A DNA stretch of 64,000 nucleotides from the NCBI RefSeq assembly GCF_041248615.1, contig NZ_CP158426.1, one strand, 5' to 3'. Of this stretch, positions 18,515-27,187 are shown piece by piece. The number at the start of each line of letters is the position of its first letter. Position 1 is the stretch's first letter. Origin of the DNA: Escherichia coli. Lineage in GTDB: Bacteria > Pseudomonadota > Gammaproteobacteria > Enterobacterales > Enterobacteriaceae. The notes under the pieces were generated by a model, which made no database searches, was not told the DNA's origin, and worked only from the letters and a program-made list of their open reading frames with translations. Made by a program: the position numbers and the translations under genes.

Positions 18515-18880
18515 ATGATTGATGTCTTAGGACCGGAGAAACGCAGACGGCGTACTACACAGGAAAAGATCGCTATTGTTCAGCAGAGTTTTGAACCGGG
18601 AATGAAGGTCTCCCTTGTTGCCCGGCAACACGGTGTGGCAGCCAGCCAGTTATTTCTCTGGCGCAAGCAATACCAGGAGGGAAGTCTTACTGCTGTGGCC
18701 GCAGGAGAGCAGGTCGTTCCTGCCTCTGAACTTGCTGCTGCCATGAAGCAGATTAAAGAACTCCAGCGCCTGCTCGGCAAAAAAACGATGGAAAATGAAC
18801 TCCTTAAAGAAGCCGTTGAATACGGGCGTGCAAAAAAGTGGATAGCGCACGCGCCCTTATTGCCCGGGGATGGGGAGTAA
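18515..18880 (+). CDS. insC: IS2 transposase OrfA (InsC)
   Basis: [29 protein letters not shown]... matches recalled IS2 InsC; ATG at 18515 inside track ORF 18470..18880. Confidence 0.9.
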   Translation: MIDVLGPEKRRRRTTQEKIAIVQQSFEPGMKVSLVARQHGVAASQLFLWRKQYQEGSLTAVAAGEQVVPASELAAAMKQIKELQRLLGKKTMENELLKEAVEYGRAKKWIAHAPLLPGDGE

Positions 18881-19743
18881 GCTTAGTCAGCCGTTGTCTC
18901 CGGGTGTCGCGTGCGCAGTTGCACGTAATTCTCAGACGAACCGATGACTGGAAAGATGGTCGCCGCAGCCGTCACTCAGATGATACGGATGTGCTTCTCC
19001 GTATACACCATGTTATCGGAGAGCTGCCCACGTATGGTTATCGTCGGGTATGGGCGCTGCTTCGCAGACAGGCCGAACTTGATGGTACGCCTGCGATCAA
19101 TGCCAAACGTGTTTACCGGATCATGCGCCAGAATGCGCTGTTGCTTGAGCGAAAAACCGCTGTACCGCCATCGAAACGGGCACATACTGGCAAAGTGGCC
19201 GTGAAAGAAAGCAATCAACGATGGTGCTCTGACGGGTTCGAGTTCCGCTGTGATAACGGAGAAAAACTGCGAGTCACGTTCGCGCTGGACTGCTGTGACC
19301 GTGAGGCACTGCACTGGGCAGTCACTACGGGCGGCTTCGACAGTGAAACAGTACAGGACGTCATGCTGGGAGCGGTGGAACGCCGCTTCGGCAACGAGCT
19401 TCCGGCGTCTCCAGTAGAGTGGCTGACGGATAATGGTTCATGCTACCGGGCTAATGAAACACGGCAGTTTGCCCGGATATTGGGGCTTGAACCGAAGAAC
19501 ACGGCGGTGCGGAGTCCGGAGAGTAACGGCATAGCAGAGAGCTTCGTGAAAACGATAAAGCGTGACTACATCAGTATCATGCCTAAACCAGACGGGTTAA
19601 CGGCAGCAAAGAACCTTGCAGAGGCGTTCGAGCATTATAACGAATGGCATCCGCATAGTGCACTGGGTTATCGCTCGCCACGGGAATATCTGCGGCAGCA
19701 GGCCAGTAATGGGTTAAGTGATAACAGGTGTCTGGAAATATAG
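18838..19743 (+). CDS. insD: IS2 transposase OrfB (InsD), DDE integrase domain
   Basis: Overlaps insC 3' end in a different frame as expected for IS3-family frameshifting; sequence matches recalled IS2 OrfB. Confidence 0.9.
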   Translation: MDSARALIARGWGVSLVSRCLRVSRAQLHVILRRTDDWKDGRRSRHSDDTDVLLRIHHVIGELPTYGYRRVWALLRRQAELDGTPAINAKRVYRIMRQNALLLERKTAVPPSKRAHTGKVAVKESNQRWCSDGFEFRCDNGEKLRVTFALDCCDREALHWAVTTGGFDSETVQDVMLGAVERRFGNELPASPVEWLTDNGSCYRANETRQFARILGLEPKNTAVRSPESNGIAESFVKTIKRDYISIMPKPDGLTAAKNLAEAFEHYNEWHPHSALGYRSPREYLRQQASNGLSDNRCLEI

Positions 19744-20342
19744 GGGCAAATCCACCTGAGTAGTGGTAGTCTCTTCCATACGGTTGCGTACGTATCTCAG
19801 GTGGTTTGCTACAGCATGCGGAGATAGTCCCAGTAAACCAAGAACCACTTTAGCTTTTGATGACTCATACCCCCAATCTGAACACTCCTTTAATACCCAT
19901 ATTGCCGAATACAGGAATCATAATGTCGTGCAAAATACCACTAACAAAATTATGACAATTTAATAACTTTGAACGTGGCTTTGTGTTCCAGTTTTATGCC
20001 AGGAGAAATCATTCGATATCTTTATAAAATATCGTTCTAACTGTAAGTAATTAATATGATTTTTCTCATAAAAAAACTTAAAATCAGTTAACTTCAGCCC
20101 GGAATATGCGTTCACTGAGCGGCCTCTTCATGAACGAAACCGAGAAAAAATAGGCTACAGTCACAACCACACTGTAGAGCAACTTCTCTCACGTGCTGTT
20201 TCAGAGAATAGATCTTCTTGCATCTGAAGAATGGTATCCAGAGCTATCCTGATCACCCCTGAATGCAATAGTTGCGTATACTAGGCGCATGACAGAATCA
20301 TAAAATGAGAGCTATCCCTTATTATCATGACTTCAGTAAAAT

Positions 20343-21098
20343 TTAAATTTGCATTGAGGTAGCGATATCGAGACGTTGCAGTTCGTCAATCGTGTAGATG
20401 CGGAACACATTCCTGTGGCGGGTTTCCAGTGGGATGTGTTGATGATTCACGATGACGTACTGGATGCTGTCAAACAGCCGTTCAAGACCGAGTTTTTTTT
20501 GCGGGTCTGGCACAATATAAAAAACGTAGATCCAGTCTTTACGCGTTCGGGCCAGTAAATGACTGGCTATGATCGACTGGTAACGGGCTTTGGTTTTCAG
20601 ATGGCGCTCGGTCTCGATGGCGATCACCGTGCCGCTGGGGAGGGCAATTAGCCCGTCCGGGCGGTGACTGACCTGATAACGACTCAGGAAAGTTGTGCGA
20701 TCGCCATGTATCCAGCCGCATGCGCCTTTTTTTTCGAGGATGATCCGCGCCATCTGATTATCAAGGTGATGTTCCAGCGTCCAGCCTGTGAGTTTTGAAG
20801 GCTCAAACCGGGCCGGGAAAATTTCATCATCAGGCTGTATTACGACCGCCAGCCCGTCGTTGGTTATTCCCCACAATGAAATTTTCTTCGTACGTGATAC
20901 CAGGACGTGTTTTTGTATTAACCCCATTCCCTCAACTTTTGAAAGCAGGGAATACAGTGATTTATGATCCCTGAAGCCGAACAGCAGCATCAGTGTTGTA
21001 AAATCACTGTACGTTTCTTCTTTCAGGAAATTCAGCAGTCGTATTATCTTCTCGCGATGTCGGGTCTGGCGCTCGCGGTATGCGGTGATAAGCATCAT
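20343..21098 (-). CDS. Hypothetical mobilization protein, possible MobC-like small relaxase
   Basis: 251-aa ORF 8 nt downstream of coupling-protein gene; function inferred from position only. Confidence 0.35.
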   Translation of the reverse strand: MMLITAYRERQTRHREKIIRLLNFLKEETYSDFTTLMLLFGFRDHKSLYSLLSKVEGMGLIQKHVLVSRTKKISLWGITNDGLAVVIQPDDEIFPARFEPSKLTGWTLEHHLDNQMARIILEKKGACGWIHGDRTTFLSRYQVSHRPDGLIALPSGTVIAIETERHLKTKARYQSIIASHLLARTRKDWIYVFYIVPDPQKKLGLERLFDSIQYVIVNHQHIPLETRHRNVFRIYTIDELQRLDIATSMQI

Positions 21099-21106
21099 TT
21101 CCCCTT

Positions 21107-23032
21107 CTAAAAGTTCAGTAACGAGGGATGATCCTCTTTACCTGCACCTGCACCTGCACCTGCACCTGCACTTGTTGTTGTGTGTTTCTCGTCCGGCTTG
21201 TCAAAAAAGAGATCGGGTTGTGTTGTCGTGATAACTGATGTTGATGACGGTCCGGATGACATTTCTTCCTCGTCAAAATTCAGGGCAATGTTGACTCTTG
21301 CGGCGGTGGCGGCAACAGCGGGCGATACGGCACAGATCGCCAGTTCCCTTTTTTTAACCCTGATGGGAGAAATTAGTGAAGCAGAGGGGAGGGCTTTGGT
21401 GGTGAATATAAAACTGACAAAATCAGGCAGGTTCAGCACCATATTACTGTCGATAAAGAAACGCTCGGCCTGCCTGATGGTGCGTTCACTATCGATAGTC
21501 TCTGTCAGCACCGCATCTGTTTTGGCTTTGCGGACTTCGTCATCGACTAATATGGTGCCTGACATTCTTGCCACCCAGTCAGCGGTATCAGGGTCCATGA
21601 CACGATAAACCAGCTTGAATTTGGCATTCTCCACAACTGCACCCACCACGGCATCGCTTTTCAAATCCGCCGGGCAATCTTTTAAATCGGCAATGGATTG
21701 GTGGTCCATAATAATGTGTACACCTTTATCCCGTGCCGCACCTAAGCCTTCCAGCGCAGGCTTGGATAAATGGTATTTCAGTTCGGAAAGGTAAATAGCA
21801 ATAGGGCGGGGTGTGTGGTTTACCCGATCGCGCCTTTCTGCCAGCTGGTACAGGCGAACCAGCAGCATGCGCTGAGCGGTAATAATTTTGCTGTTGCGCA
21901 TCGAGCCAATCACATAGCAGCAACCACCGTTATCAAATATTGTATTGAGGGAAAATCCTGCCGGTGCATTGATGGCATTGAGTAAGGCCAGCTCCTCAAT
22001 TTTCCCGAAAAAGGCTTTTATCTTATCAGCGATACTTTGGACGTATTCCCCGTTATACACATCCCGAATGGTTGAGGTCGTATTACGGGCGACAAATTGT
22101 GCAGCTATTCGGGCTGCTTTGCGATCGTCAATGCGATAAAAGTCAGACTCTTGTCCTTTCTCTGCCAGACTGAAACCCGCGACAAAAAGTTCTTCCAGTT
22201 CATCAGCGGTGATATCGTTAATCAGGTTTAGCTGGTATGCCTGTTTCCTCAGGTCAATTAGGGCAAAGGATTTCCCTGCATCCTCGCAGGCTTTCCGGTA
22301 AAGGTGTGGGGCCCACTCATCATCTTTGGGGTCCATAACAAATACGCCTTCACCGGCCAAAATACTCTGATAAAGTAATATCCCGGTGGCCACCCCTTTA
22401 CCGGCCCCCGTGGTCCCGATGATATCGGCATGTTGTTTTTGCCAGTCTTTTAACGGCAGGTACATCGGCTGTTTCATTCTGTTCATGCCGATAAAAATAC
22501 CTTTACTCAGGTTAATATAATCCTCCGGGTTATAGTGCAATGTTTCCGGTAGCAGCGATTTCACCGTTCGGACATCAGTACGTAATTCCCTTTCCAGAGT
22601 GGTTTTTCTGACGAACCGACTTTTTACTTTATCGAGTTCAGGTGTTAACACCCTGCGCAGAAGAATATGGAAAACAAAACCGGCTGCGGTAGAGGTAATC
22701 AGTATCAGCCAGGAGAGGACAGTATTGCTGGTGGCTATCTTTATTCGGTATATCCATTGAAATAATTCGTTCACCACGGGCGCTATTGTGCCAAACAAAA
22801 AGCACAGTATGGAAAAAACTATCACCAGCTTTTTCCATAAAGGGGCTTTGAGTCGTTCATCGCTTTTCATCGACGCGAAGAATGGCATGGTCAGCCCTGA
22901 GAATAGCGCCAAAATAGGTTGATGCTGGTGCATAAAAACGAGCAGTCCCAGCATGCCGTCCACTATCGGTGATAGTGAAACGATCAGCTTATTTAACACC
23001 ATAATGCTTCCTTTATCGGCCATTCGCCCCAC
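21107..23032 (-). CDS. Type IV coupling protein (VirD4/TraD/MobB-like)
   Basis: N-terminal TM helices; Walker A GTTGAGKGVATG; 641 aa; C-terminal Gly-Ala repeat. Confidence 0.85.
   Translation of the reverse strand: MGRMADKGSIMVLNKLIVSLSPIVDGMLGLLVFMHQHQPILALFSGLTMPFFASMKSDERLKAPLWKKLVIVFSILCFLFGTIAPVVNELFQWIYRIKIATSNTVLSWLILITSTAAGFVFHILLRRVLTPELDKVKSRFVRKTTLERELRTDVRTVKSLLPETLHYNPEDYINLSKGIFIGMNRMKQPMYLPLKDWQKQHADIIGTTGAGKGVATGILLYQSILAGEGVFVMDPKDDEWAPHLYRKACEDAGKSFALIDLRKQAYQLNLINDITADELEELFVAGFSLAEKGQESDFYRIDDRKAARIAAQFVARNTTSTIRDVYNGEYVQSIADKIKAFFGKIEELALLNAINAPAGFSLNTIFDNGGCCYVIGSMRNSKIITAQRMLLVRLYQLAERRDRVNHTPRPIAIYLSELKYHLSKPALEGLGAARDKGVHIIMDHQSIADLKDCPADLKSDAVVGAVVENAKFKLVYRVMDPDTADWVARMSGTILVDDEVRKAKTDAVLTETIDSERTIRQAERFFIDSNMVLNLPDFVSFIFTTKALPSASLISPIRVKKRELAICAVSPAVAATAARVNIALNFDEEEMSSGPSSTSVITTTQPDLFFDKPDEKHTTTSAGAGAGAGAGKEDHPSLLNF
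21137..21166. repeat. Hexanucleotide tandem repeat (CACCTG)x5 within coupling protein C-terminus
   Basis: Read directly; encodes (Ala-Gly)n on the minus strand; in-frame repeat. Confidence 0.85.
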
Positions 23033-23270
23033 GACATCGCCCCCTCAATTCGCCCCACGGTGTTGGGCGAAAAGCTGGGGTGAAAGCAGGGGCAAACAGA
23101 GGTGGCTGCGGTGCAGCCATGTGCCGGTAGATAGACTTTCCGGCCCGAAACGACGTGCACCAGTTCATGCGGGCTGGACGCCCTTATTGCCTGGCGCATG
23201 GGGGTAATGGCGTGGCTGTACGCCGCGCCAAAACCCCCAGGGTCAACGGCGGCACACCGTCGCCCGCTAC

Positions 23271-23633
23271 GCGCGACCAACCCCTTTAAGACGCGCGTTT
23301 CGCCTGTTTTTTTCTCGCAAGCTCCAAAAAACGGGAACGCTGCTTTAAAGGGGTTGGTCGCGCCTGATTGGTAATATCCCCGCTGGGGCGGGAAATATTA
23401 CCTGGCTTGACGGTGTGCGGGGCAAGCCCCCCACAAAAAACGGCACGTGGGCGTGCCTTTTTGCTCGCTGGGGCGGCAAAATTTTTGCGGCTCCCCCGGC
23501 CTGCTTAATTCGCTGTGGGCGAATGTGCGCAGATGGATGCGGTACCTGAAAATTAACAATTTCTGCGAAATTGAATTTTCTGTCCGCGTTCCACTGGCTT
23601 ATTTCACGGCTTAACAATTTCTCCGAAATTGAA
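23271..23633. other. Candidate oriT / relaxosome assembly region with inverted and direct repeats
   Basis: 20-bp near-perfect inverted repeat (23271-23290 vs 23344-23363); two copies of TTAACAATTTCNCGAAATTGAA (23553-23575, 23611-23633), each containing dyad CAATTTC-N3-GAAATTG; lies between coupling protein gene and T4SS genes. Confidence 0.5.
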
Positions 23634-23709
23634 GCCAGAAATTAGCCAGCCTCAACCCCGCCGTCTGTCAGTCTGTGGCGCTGTGAGGCATAGTGTAATG
23701 TCCGGTGGT

Positions 23710-24015
23710 TCACACCTGTTCGCGATATATTTCAGCCCGGCATTCCTGTTCAGCCTTTAATACCTCCCGGTAGGTTTCATCATCGACTTTCGTTCCCTGA
23801 TTTTCGGCGTATCGTCTGAGTTTGTCAGCATCCTGTTCATTAAGACGCGAAAGATGATGTCGCAATAAACTGATCAGTCTACTTTCATAGATCTCATAGT
23901 AAAGGCCGCATCCCTGATTCGCTTCCTCAGAGAACTTTCTGTACACGGCTCCGACCGATATTCTGTCATGATGCATTGAGTGGATGTTGGAAATAAAAAG
24001 GTTTTCTTTATCCAT
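23710..24015 (-). CDS. Hypothetical protein, 101 aa
   Basis: ORF only; charged and helical in character. Confidence 0.45.
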   Translation of the reverse strand: MDKENLFISNIHSMHHDRISVGAVYRKFSEEANQGCGLYYEIYESRLISLLRHHLSRLNEQDADKLRRYAENQGTKVDDETYREVLKAEQECRAEIYREQV

Positions 24016-24063
24016 ATTTATTTCTCCCCAAAAAAAGGTACTAACATAATGGCCGGGGGGTTA

Positions 24064-24366
24064 TTATCCTCTGAGCCTACCAAATCTGGACAGGATTTTA
24101 TTCACCGCCTCTGGGTCGGCACTGGCACATTCTCCGAGGAAAGCTTTTCTGGCATTCAGTGTATGACCGGGTAAAAATCCGTGTTTATTCTTTTTGACGA
24201 TATTAAAGAAAGTTTTTTCAGCTGAATGGCACTCACTCCCTCCACTGTTTCCGGTCGCTTTCCCGTACATACAAAGCACGACTTCGCATGGGTCAGAGGC
24301 GAAGCAATAAACAGGGAGCACAATGGCAATGCACAGCATTACCGTCGCAATGGAGGCGTATTTCAT
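24064..24366 (-). CDS. Small secreted Cys-containing protein (T4SS-associated)
   Basis: N-terminal signal-peptide-like hydrophobic segment MKYASIATVMLCIAIVLPVYCFA. Confidence 0.5.
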   Translation of the reverse strand: MKYASIATVMLCIAIVLPVYCFASDPCEVVLCMYGKATGNSGGSECHSAEKTFFNIVKKNKHGFLPGHTLNARKAFLGECASADPEAVNKILSRFGRLRG

Positions 24367-24410
24367 GATGAAGTCCTTACCATAATTTCTGTACCAGGAT
24401 ATCGGTATAT

Positions 24411-24806
24411 TTAATGTGAAAAATAAATATAGGTATCGCTACACGTCAGGCACTGAGTTGCAGGTTGATATTCAATAACACCATTTGCGCCATGCTGGCG
24501 AAGCCAGCTTGTTGCAGTAAAGAATGCTGTGCCTGATGGTGCAGCAACAACAATACGCGTCGAATGCGCAACTGCGTAAAATACGTCGGGGGTCCAAAGT
24601 GTCTCGTTAAACTGCGTTGAGTGAACGGACAATAACCACTTCCCATTAACGATTGGGGAAGGATTAATAACGGGGGTGTCATTCCATTGCGATAAATTGA
24701 TATTCACTGACTCGCCCGATTTATCCCATTCAACAGATACCGGTGGGGGTGGTGACGAACAGCCGGTAAGCACCATTAAAAATAACAGTATATTGATGGT
24801 TTTCAT
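24411..24806 (-). CDS. Lipoprotein, 131 aa
   Basis: Signal peptide with lipobox LTGCSS; start overlaps virB11 stop by 1 nt. Confidence 0.6.
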   Translation of the reverse strand: MKTINILLFLMVLTGCSSPPPPVSVEWDKSGESVNINLSQWNDTPVINPSPIVNGKWLLSVHSTQFNETLWTPDVFYAVAHSTRIVVAAPSGTAFFTATSWLRQHGANGVIEYQPATQCLTCSDTYIYFSH

Positions 24807-25849
24807 TATGCTTTCATCTCCTCGAAGAAGGCATTACGGTGCAGTGGCCGGAAATAGATATCATTCATTCGGCGCACGTTGCCGTCTAAATCAATACTGA
24901 CAATAACATCCAGACTGTCCAGCACTTTGCGTAACATAAACGTGTAGGGCAGCCGGGCGCATTGTGGGTTTTCATAACAGCGAGTAATAAAACCGTCTAC
25001 CGCTTCTATTGCTGAACCCGCATGCAGGGAAGTCATACTGCCTTCATGGCCGGAGCCGGTTATTTTGAGAAAATCCCAGGCTTCACCACCGCGCACTTCG
25101 GTTAACAATATACGGTCGGGGTTCATGCGATAATTCCAGCGCAGAAGACTGGCTGGCGTCACAATCGAGCCTTTTTCATCTGCTGATTCGGACGGATAGA
25201 AGAGGTGGACATAGTTTTTATGAACAAAAAAGGTGATTTCCGGATTATCTTCAATGGTCGTAATACGCAAATGGCGAGGAATAAAACCAATCAGCATCTT
25301 CATGTAGGTTGTTTTCCCGGTACCGGTTTCCCCGGCCACCGCGATAGTTTTACCGTACTCCACGCACTTCTCCATAAAGCGCGGGATATCTTTGGCGGTA
25401 TACAGGCTCAACAATTCCTGATCGTGCGTCTGGGTGGTTTCTGAGCCCGTCACCCTGTTATAAAAACCGGCGTCGATATAGCTCTGGTGGGGAATTTGTA
25501 CCTGTGACGGCTTTCGGATAGTAATGGAGACGGTGTTGCGCTCACAGGCCGGAGGGACAATAACCTGACAACGTTCACCGGATTCCAGCGTGGCTGACAG
25601 CCCCGGTTTGATATCTTCAATATTGTCGCAGTGATGCTTTGCCAGGCATCTGGCGAAGTTGTAGCACCCCTCATAATCCAGCGAAACACTGTGCAGCTCC
25701 CAGATACCATTAATTTTGGTAAATAGCTCGCCCGGGCGGTTGACGGCGATTTCTGTTAGTCCAGGATGAGCAATAAAATCGCCAAAAAATCGCTGTGTAT
25801 AGCGATCGAGAGAGATGTTTTTCATGTGATATCCTTGTATCGGATACAT
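24806..25849 (-). CDS. virB11: VirB11-family T4SS ATPase
   Basis: Walker A VAGETGTGKTT; size and position at end of virB operon. Confidence 0.9.
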   Translation of the reverse strand: MYPIQGYHMKNISLDRYTQRFFGDFIAHPGLTEIAVNRPGELFTKINGIWELHSVSLDYEGCYNFARCLAKHHCDNIEDIKPGLSATLESGERCQVIVPPACERNTVSITIRKPSQVQIPHQSYIDAGFYNRVTGSETTQTHDQELLSLYTAKDIPRFMEKCVEYGKTIAVAGETGTGKTTYMKMLIGFIPRHLRITTIEDNPEITFFVHKNYVHLFYPSESADEKGSIVTPASLLRWNYRMNPDRILLTEVRGGEAWDFLKITGSGHEGSMTSLHAGSAIEAVDGFITRCYENPQCARLPYTFMLRKVLDSLDVIVSIDLDGNVRRMNDIYFRPLHRNAFFEEMKA

Positions 25850-25862
25850 TTGTGGAGGGAGT

Positions 25863-26870
25863 ATGTCGAAGACGAAAGTACTGTTCGCTTATTGCCATGA
25901 ACTCGGGCGCTGTTTGTCCATTGATGAAGCGCGAATGGAATTTTTTTCCAGAAAGCCGGAAGAAAGGAAGCGGTTCACTTTTTCATGTAGCGATCGCAAC
26001 TGTGATGTCACCATTAGCGGTGTTAACTATCACGTCAAAGCTGAAGATGGTGAGAAATTCAAGGCTGCGCACTTCCGTTCACCTCATCCTCACAAGTTCG
26101 GATGTGAATGGCTCGAATTCACCGAGGATGCGGATCAGGACCGGCGTCCAGACGAGTCAGAGGCTGATTTCACAGAACGAAAAGCAAAGCAAAAGCTGAC
26201 GGACTATATCAACTGCTTTGACCCTTCAATAGATGATCCTGATGGCGAACCATCCGATCCCGTGAAGCTTGTTACGCCTGTTCACACAAGAAAAACTGTC
26301 GGGGATGATGATAAAACGGGTACAAATGAAGAGCCCCGCTGGAGTCGCTACACGCGAACCAACCAGCTTCAGCGACTTATCGACACATGGCAGGAAGCGA
26401 AAGAAACGCTGCCTCAGGATGAGTTCCGGGCGTTGAGACTCAGGATCATGCACCATGATCAGGTCTATCTACATGAATATATAACGCATATACAGCGTGG
26501 ATTGGCTAATCCGTATTCGGGCGTCATCTATGGTGGTGGGACCCTAATGCATCGGTATGGTCGGGGTTTTCTGATTAATTTCTTTGATAAACATGAGGGG
26601 AAGCCTGTTCGCCTGTATGTCAGTAAAGATCTGATGGCGAAAGGACGGTTTGGTCATTATATCGATGAGATTCTGGACACTAAAAACGTCAGATATTTCC
26701 GTATATTTTTACTCAATCCGGTTGTTTCCGAACGGGAAAACAGCACAGGAAAAAGCGTTATCAACCTTGAAATATCAAAGCTGCGTCAACTGGCTATTTA
26801 CTACGAACTGAACTCCAGCAGAGAAGATGAATCTTCATCGGTGGAGACGGAGGGGGAAAGTCCGGCGTAG
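25863..26870 (+). CDS. Hypothetical protein, 335 aa, Cys/His-rich N-terminus, antisense to T4SS operon
   Basis: Long ORF on opposite strand between virB11 and virB10; N-terminal Cys/His cluster (CHELGRC, CSDRNC, HPHKFGC); acidic C-terminus. Confidence 0.5.
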   Translation: MSKTKVLFAYCHELGRCLSIDEARMEFFSRKPEERKRFTFSCSDRNCDVTISGVNYHVKAEDGEKFKAAHFRSPHPHKFGCEWLEFTEDADQDRRPDESEADFTERKAKQKLTDYINCFDPSIDDPDGEPSDPVKLVTPVHTRKTVGDDDKTGTNEEPRWSRYTRTNQLQRLIDTWQEAKETLPQDEFRALRLRIMHHDQVYLHEYITHIQRGLANPYSGVIYGGGTLMHRYGRGFLINFFDKHEGKPVRLYVSKDLMAKGRFGHYIDEILDTKNVRYFRIFLLNPVVSERENSTGKSVINLEISKLRQLAIYYELNSSREDESSSVETEGESPA

Positions 26871-27187
26871 CGGGCTAATGTTGTCACAAGAATGAGTATA
26901 TCGGTGACGTCAGGCAGCGATATCTGCTTATGTGCCAGCCGGATATCGTCCGGGGAAAAAGGCGGTGCATCCAAAGGGCCTTCACTGATGGTGATACAGA
27001 ACGGTTGCTCTTCTCCTGAGTCAATACTGAGTTCTATCAATGCGCCCCCGGCACGATAGCATGTCATGACTATTCTTCTGATTCCGGTAAGGTGTGACAG
27101 TAAGTCGTTGACGACAGCGTTGCTGAAATCGTCCCTTACGATGACGTCTGTCGCCGTAACACCAAACAAAAACTTTCGATTACTCAC
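26801..27187 (-). CDS. Hypothetical protein, 128 aa, coupled to virB10
   Basis: Start overlaps virB10 stop by 8 nt; 3' end overlaps the convergent 335-aa ORF by 70 nt, so one of the two calls may be wrong. Confidence 0.35.
   Translation of the reverse strand: MSNRKFLFGVTATDVIVRDDFSNAVVNDLLSHLTGIRRIVMTCYRAGGALIELSIDSGEEQPFCITISEGPLDAPPFSPDDIRLAHKQISLPDVTDILILVTTLARYAGLSPSVSTDEDSSSLLEFSS

Larger units (their letters stand above)
18424..19754 (+). mobile_element. IS2 (IS3 family) insertion sequence, complete, flanked by 5-bp target site duplication CCTGA
   Basis: Ends TAGACTGGCCCC... and ...GGGGCAAATCCA; CCTGA at 18419-18423 and 19755-19759; encodes InsC and InsD. Confidence 0.9.

Noticed and set aside
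22953-23617. Small ORFs (84, 95 and 90 aa) inside the oriT-like region
   Set aside because: They overlap dense inverted and direct repeats in a GC-rich non-coding segment and have no start signals; more likely chance frames.
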